Assembly (NCBI GenBank): GCA_028713935.1
Contig: JAQTNI010000026.1
Coordinates: 1-5,615, forward strand
Source: Candidatus Iainarchaeum sp.
GTDB taxonomy: Archaea; Iainarchaeota; Iainarchaeia; Iainarchaeales; GCA-2688035
Direction of reading: 5' to 3'
DNA length: 5,615 bases
The notes under the pieces are model-generated. The model saw only the letters and a program-made list of their open reading frames with translations. It ran no database searches and had not been told where the DNA came from. The position numbers and the translations under genes were made by a program. Within the stretch, counting starts at the first letter, position 1; each line of letters opens with the position of its first letter. Positions 3,300-5,615 of this stretch are shown piece by piece.

Positions 3300-5459
3300 G
3301 TGAAAGATTTTGAAAAAGCCATTAAAAAATTTTTGCTTGTTTTTTTTGTGGTCTGCTTTTCTGTTTCTGTTTTTTCAATTTCTGCGCCAGTTGTTTCCTC
3401 TTCAACGCATCCGGATTCTTCAAAATGGTATTACTCCCCGCAGGCAAATGTTTCCTGGCAAAAAGACAGCTCCGCCACTTACTATGCTTACGCCTATAAC
3501 TCAGTGCCAGATACTATTCCCGATGCCTCTCGCACCACAACAGAAGGGGAACTTGCCTTGCCTGCAAAAGAAGATGGAATTTATTATTTTCACATAAGGG
3601 CAGTTGCTTCTTCAGGAACCAGTGATACGACTCATTTCAAAATTCAGATTGACACTGTTGGCCCTTCAAGGCCGATTGTTACTGCAACAACCACTGCTGA
3701 CAATGCCATTAAGCTTGAATGGGCTGCTTCAGAGGATTTGCGTTCAGGCGTAAAAGGTTATGAGATTTACAGGAACAGGCTCACTAATTTCAGCATTACT
3801 GACATTGGCGTCAAAAAACTTGGTCTTGTTACTGAAACAAGCTTTTTGGATGCAAATGATTTGGACGAAGGCAGGACTTTTTTTTATAAGGTTGTGCCGA
3901 TTGATAATGCGGGAAACACTGGCTTTATCAGCGCACAGGTCCAGTCAACAATCAAGTCTGTCTGCACTCTTGGAATTTCCATTGAACCAATTTTGTCGCA
4001 GTCAAAAGACGCTCTTTTGATAAAAATCACTGCGCAGGGCCAAATTTATTATTCTTCCCTGAAAGTCAAGGTTAATGATTCAAATTCTGTTTATTTGTTC
4101 AGGGACAAATCCGATTATAATTATTGGGATGGAAACCTGCCTCTTTCGGAAACAGACCAGGGCAATATTCTCCTTGAACTTGCTGCAAAGGAATTTTACG
4201 GGGACAATTGCGATACAAACAAGACATTTGTTTTTGACTCAATATCGCCGAATATTGAATTTGTTTTTCCAAAAAATTACCACGAAGAAATCAGCGGCAC
4301 TGCAAAAATAAAAATCAAGGCAGAGGACACTGGCAATTTCAAATCAGGGATTGGCACTGTTGCTGTTTCTTATGACAACAATTCAGGCTGGATTGCAATT
4401 GGCAATGCAATTGACTCAAATTCAAGCGGCAATTATTCAATTGACTGGAACACAGAGGCAATTCCTAATGGCTATTATTCTTTGAAGGCTGTTGCCACAG
4501 ACAAGGCCCAGAACAAAACAGAGAAAACAAAAGAGATTTTTGTTTTTAACACTGCAAGCCTGTCTTCGGATGCAAATTTTTTCATTAATTCAGTTGAAAG
4601 CCAGTTAAGCTCCCTTGAATCAAAGGCAAGCCTTATGGAAAAGTACGGAGTTTCTTCCGATGCTTTTTCAGCTGCCTTATCCAGTGGCTTGCAGAAATTG
4701 GAATCAGCAAGGCTTTCCCTTAAGGAAAGGCAGTTTGAAGAGGCAAAGGCCAGTGCAAAGTCAGCAGGGGAATTTTTTTCCACTGCAGGCAATGCTGTTG
4801 ATTTGAATGTTATTGCCTCAAGCCAGTTTATTTTCAACAAGCAGCAGGTTCAGATTCTGCTTGAAGCCGCAAAAATGCCGCCTGAAACAATCACAAATGC
4901 TGTTTTCCTGATAAAGCAGGCAGATGTTTCAAGGAACCTTGACATTGTAAAAGTAAAGGATGGCAACAGTGTTTTTTTCAAGGCAGCGATTTCAATTGCT
5001 TTTAATTTTTCAAAAAACTTTTTGCGCGACAACAACATGGCTTCTGTAAGGGTTGTAGAAATAATCCCGAAAGAACTGGCCGAGAGCGCATCAAACATTG
5101 CAAGTGCGCAAAGCTTTGAAGTTTTGGAGCAGGACCCAAAAATTTCTTTTTTGCTTGACGCAAATTTTTTTGCCCCAAAAGCAACTCTTGTTTATTCCCT
5201 GAAAACCTCTTTTTTGGATGAAGCAACCGCAATGAAGCTTGTTTCGGCAGGAGTTGTAAACAAGTTTATTGCCCCGCCTGTCCTGCTTTCCCCTGCTTAT
5301 GGCACAGGAGGAATTCAGATTGGTGAACTGGCCTGGCTTGCAATAATCGCAGTCATTGTAATTGCCATTGCCCTGATTATTGTTTTTGTTTTATTAAAAA
5401 GAAAAGGCGGCAAAGGCTTCAGGCTTAAAAAAGCATTCAAGAAGAAATGGTACAAATAA
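3300..5459 (+). CDS. Secreted, C-terminally membrane-anchored cell-surface protein with FN3 and Ig-like domains (S-layer / surface glycoprotein candidate)
   Basis: The open frame runs 3270-5459 and has no in-frame ATG near the 5' end. The candidate starts are TTG 3270 (longest ORF) and GTG 3300. I prefer GTG 3300 because of the SD-like GGGTG at 3290-3294 and the TATA position.

Domain order, in aa of the ORF-track translation that starts at TTG 3270 (subtract 10 for the protein starting at the preferred GTG 3300):
- Signal-peptide-like N-terminus: KDFEKAIKKFLLVFFVVCFSVSVFS/ISAP.
- HPD...W...YY...DGIYYFHIRA...IDTVGP module (aa ~46-131).
- FN3-like domain: IKLEWAASED...GYEIYRN...FFYKVVPIDNAGNTG (aa ~131-222).
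- Ig-like domain: PNIEFVFP...ISGTAKIKIKAEDTG.GIGTVAVSYDN...YSIDWNT..IPNGYYSLKAVATDKAQNKT (aa ~323-427).
- Ala/Ser/Lys/Glu-rich, probably helical, segment.
- Uncharacterised ~140-aa module.
- Hydrophobic helix LAWLAIIAVIVIAIALIIVFVLL (nt 5325-5396).
- Lys-rich tail KRKGGKGFRLKKAFKKKWYK.

I counted about nine N-x-S/T sequons by hand. Confidence 0.8.
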   Translation: MKDFEKAIKKFLLVFFVVCFSVSVFSISAPVVSSSTHPDSSKWYYSPQANVSWQKDSSATYYAYAYNSVPDTIPDASRTTTEGELALPAKEDGIYYFHIRAVASSGTSDTTHFKIQIDTVGPSRPIVTATTTADNAIKLEWAASEDLRSGVKGYEIYRNRLTNFSITDIGVKKLGLVTETSFLDANDLDEGRTFFYKVVPIDNAGNTGFISAQVQSTIKSVCTLGISIEPILSQSKDALLIKITAQGQIYYSSLKVKVNDSNSVYLFRDKSDYNYWDGNLPLSETDQGNILLELAAKEFYGDNCDTNKTFVFDSISPNIEFVFPKNYHEEISGTAKIKIKAEDTGNFKSGIGTVAVSYDNNSGWIAIGNAIDSNSSGNYSIDWNTEAIPNGYYSLKAVATDKAQNKTEKTKEIFVFNTASLSSDANFFINSVESQLSSLESKASLMEKYGVSSDAFSAALSSGLQKLESARLSLKERQFEEAKASAKSAGEFFSTAGNAVDLNVIASSQFIFNKQQVQILLEAAKMPPETITNAVFLIKQADVSRNLDIVKVKDGNSVFFKAAISIAFNFSKNFLRDNNMASVRVVEIIPKELAESASNIASAQSFEVLEQDPKISFLLDANFFAPKATLVYSLKTSFLDEATAMKLVSAGVVNKFIAPPVLLSPAYGTGGIQIGELAWLAIIAVIVIAIALIIVFVLLKRKGGKGFRLKKAFKKKWYK

Positions 5460-5462
5460 AAT

Positions 5463-5615
5463 TCATGTTTCCGCGTATTCCTCTTCTATTTTTGTTATCC
5501 TGATTCCTTTCGGGGTTATCTGCATTGGGTGCAGGTCTTCGGAATGTTTTGTTGACCGCATTTTTCTTATGTGCATGGTTCTGTTGCTTTGTGTCCCGAC
5601 TCCCATATAATGCAG
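5463..5615 (-). CDS. 3' end (50 codons) of a convergent gene of unknown function; 5' end lies outside the window
   Basis: The minus-strand frame is open from the window edge to a TGA stop (plus-strand TCA at 5463-5465). It reads ...LHYMGVGTQSNRTMHIRKMRSTKHSEDLHPMQITPKGIRITKIEEEYAET*. Fifty-one stop-free codons in an AT-rich genome, together with locally higher GC, suggest real coding. I do not recognise the family. Confidence 0.35.
   Translation of the reverse strand: MHYMGVGTQSNRTMHIRKMRSTKHSEDLHPMQITPKGIRITKIEEEYAET

Noticed and set aside
3310-5232. Internal and antisense track ORFs within the surface-protein gene (3310-3597, 3760-4020, 4075-4311, 4615-4806 on +; 4475-4840, 4850-5098, 5002-5232 on -)
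   Set aside because: All are nested in a 2.2-kb frame with clear domain signatures. None has independent support.
5280-5459. A PGF-CTERM / archaeosortase sorting signal at the C-terminus of the surface protein
   Set aside because: The architecture is similar (transmembrane helix plus basic tail), but no P-G-F or related tripeptide precedes the helix; the sequence there is SPAYGTGGIQIGE.

Overview
AT-rich segment that looks archaeal, possibly from a DPANN-type genome. The lineage is my inference from a class I LysRS, a BHB-type tRNA intron, TATA-like promoters and oligo-T terminators. No database search was possible, so all family calls rest on motifs.

Gene order, with every gene on + except the last:
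- 1-1185: the 3' ~390 codons of a class I lysyl-tRNA synthetase.
- 1247-1987: a free-standing, two-motif LAGLIDADG homing-endonuclease-like gene.
- 2033-2138: tRNA-Phe(GAA), interrupted by a 32-nt non-canonical intron between acceptor-stem positions 4 and 5.
- 2199-2551: a small cupin gene broken by a 1-nt frameshift.
- 2567-3205: a ~210-aa GT-A (GT2-like) glycosyltransferase.
- 3300-5459 (or from 3270): a ~720-aa secreted, C-terminally membrane-anchored FN3/Ig-like surface protein with no ATG start.
- 5463-5615, minus strand: the last 50 codons of an unidentified convergent gene.

The most interesting part is the tRNA-Phe locus. The mature tRNA can only be assembled by excising nt 2037-2068. 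This intron sits in a strict helix-bulge-helix-bulge-helix (3-4-3) motif whose central and outer helices are built partly from the 5' leader. An apparently catalytically intact LAGLIDADG endonuclease gene ends 46 nt upstream. This could be a homing-endonuclease / ORF-less-intron partnership; that idea is a hypothesis only.

I saw no CRISPR array, transposase, integrase or rRNA.
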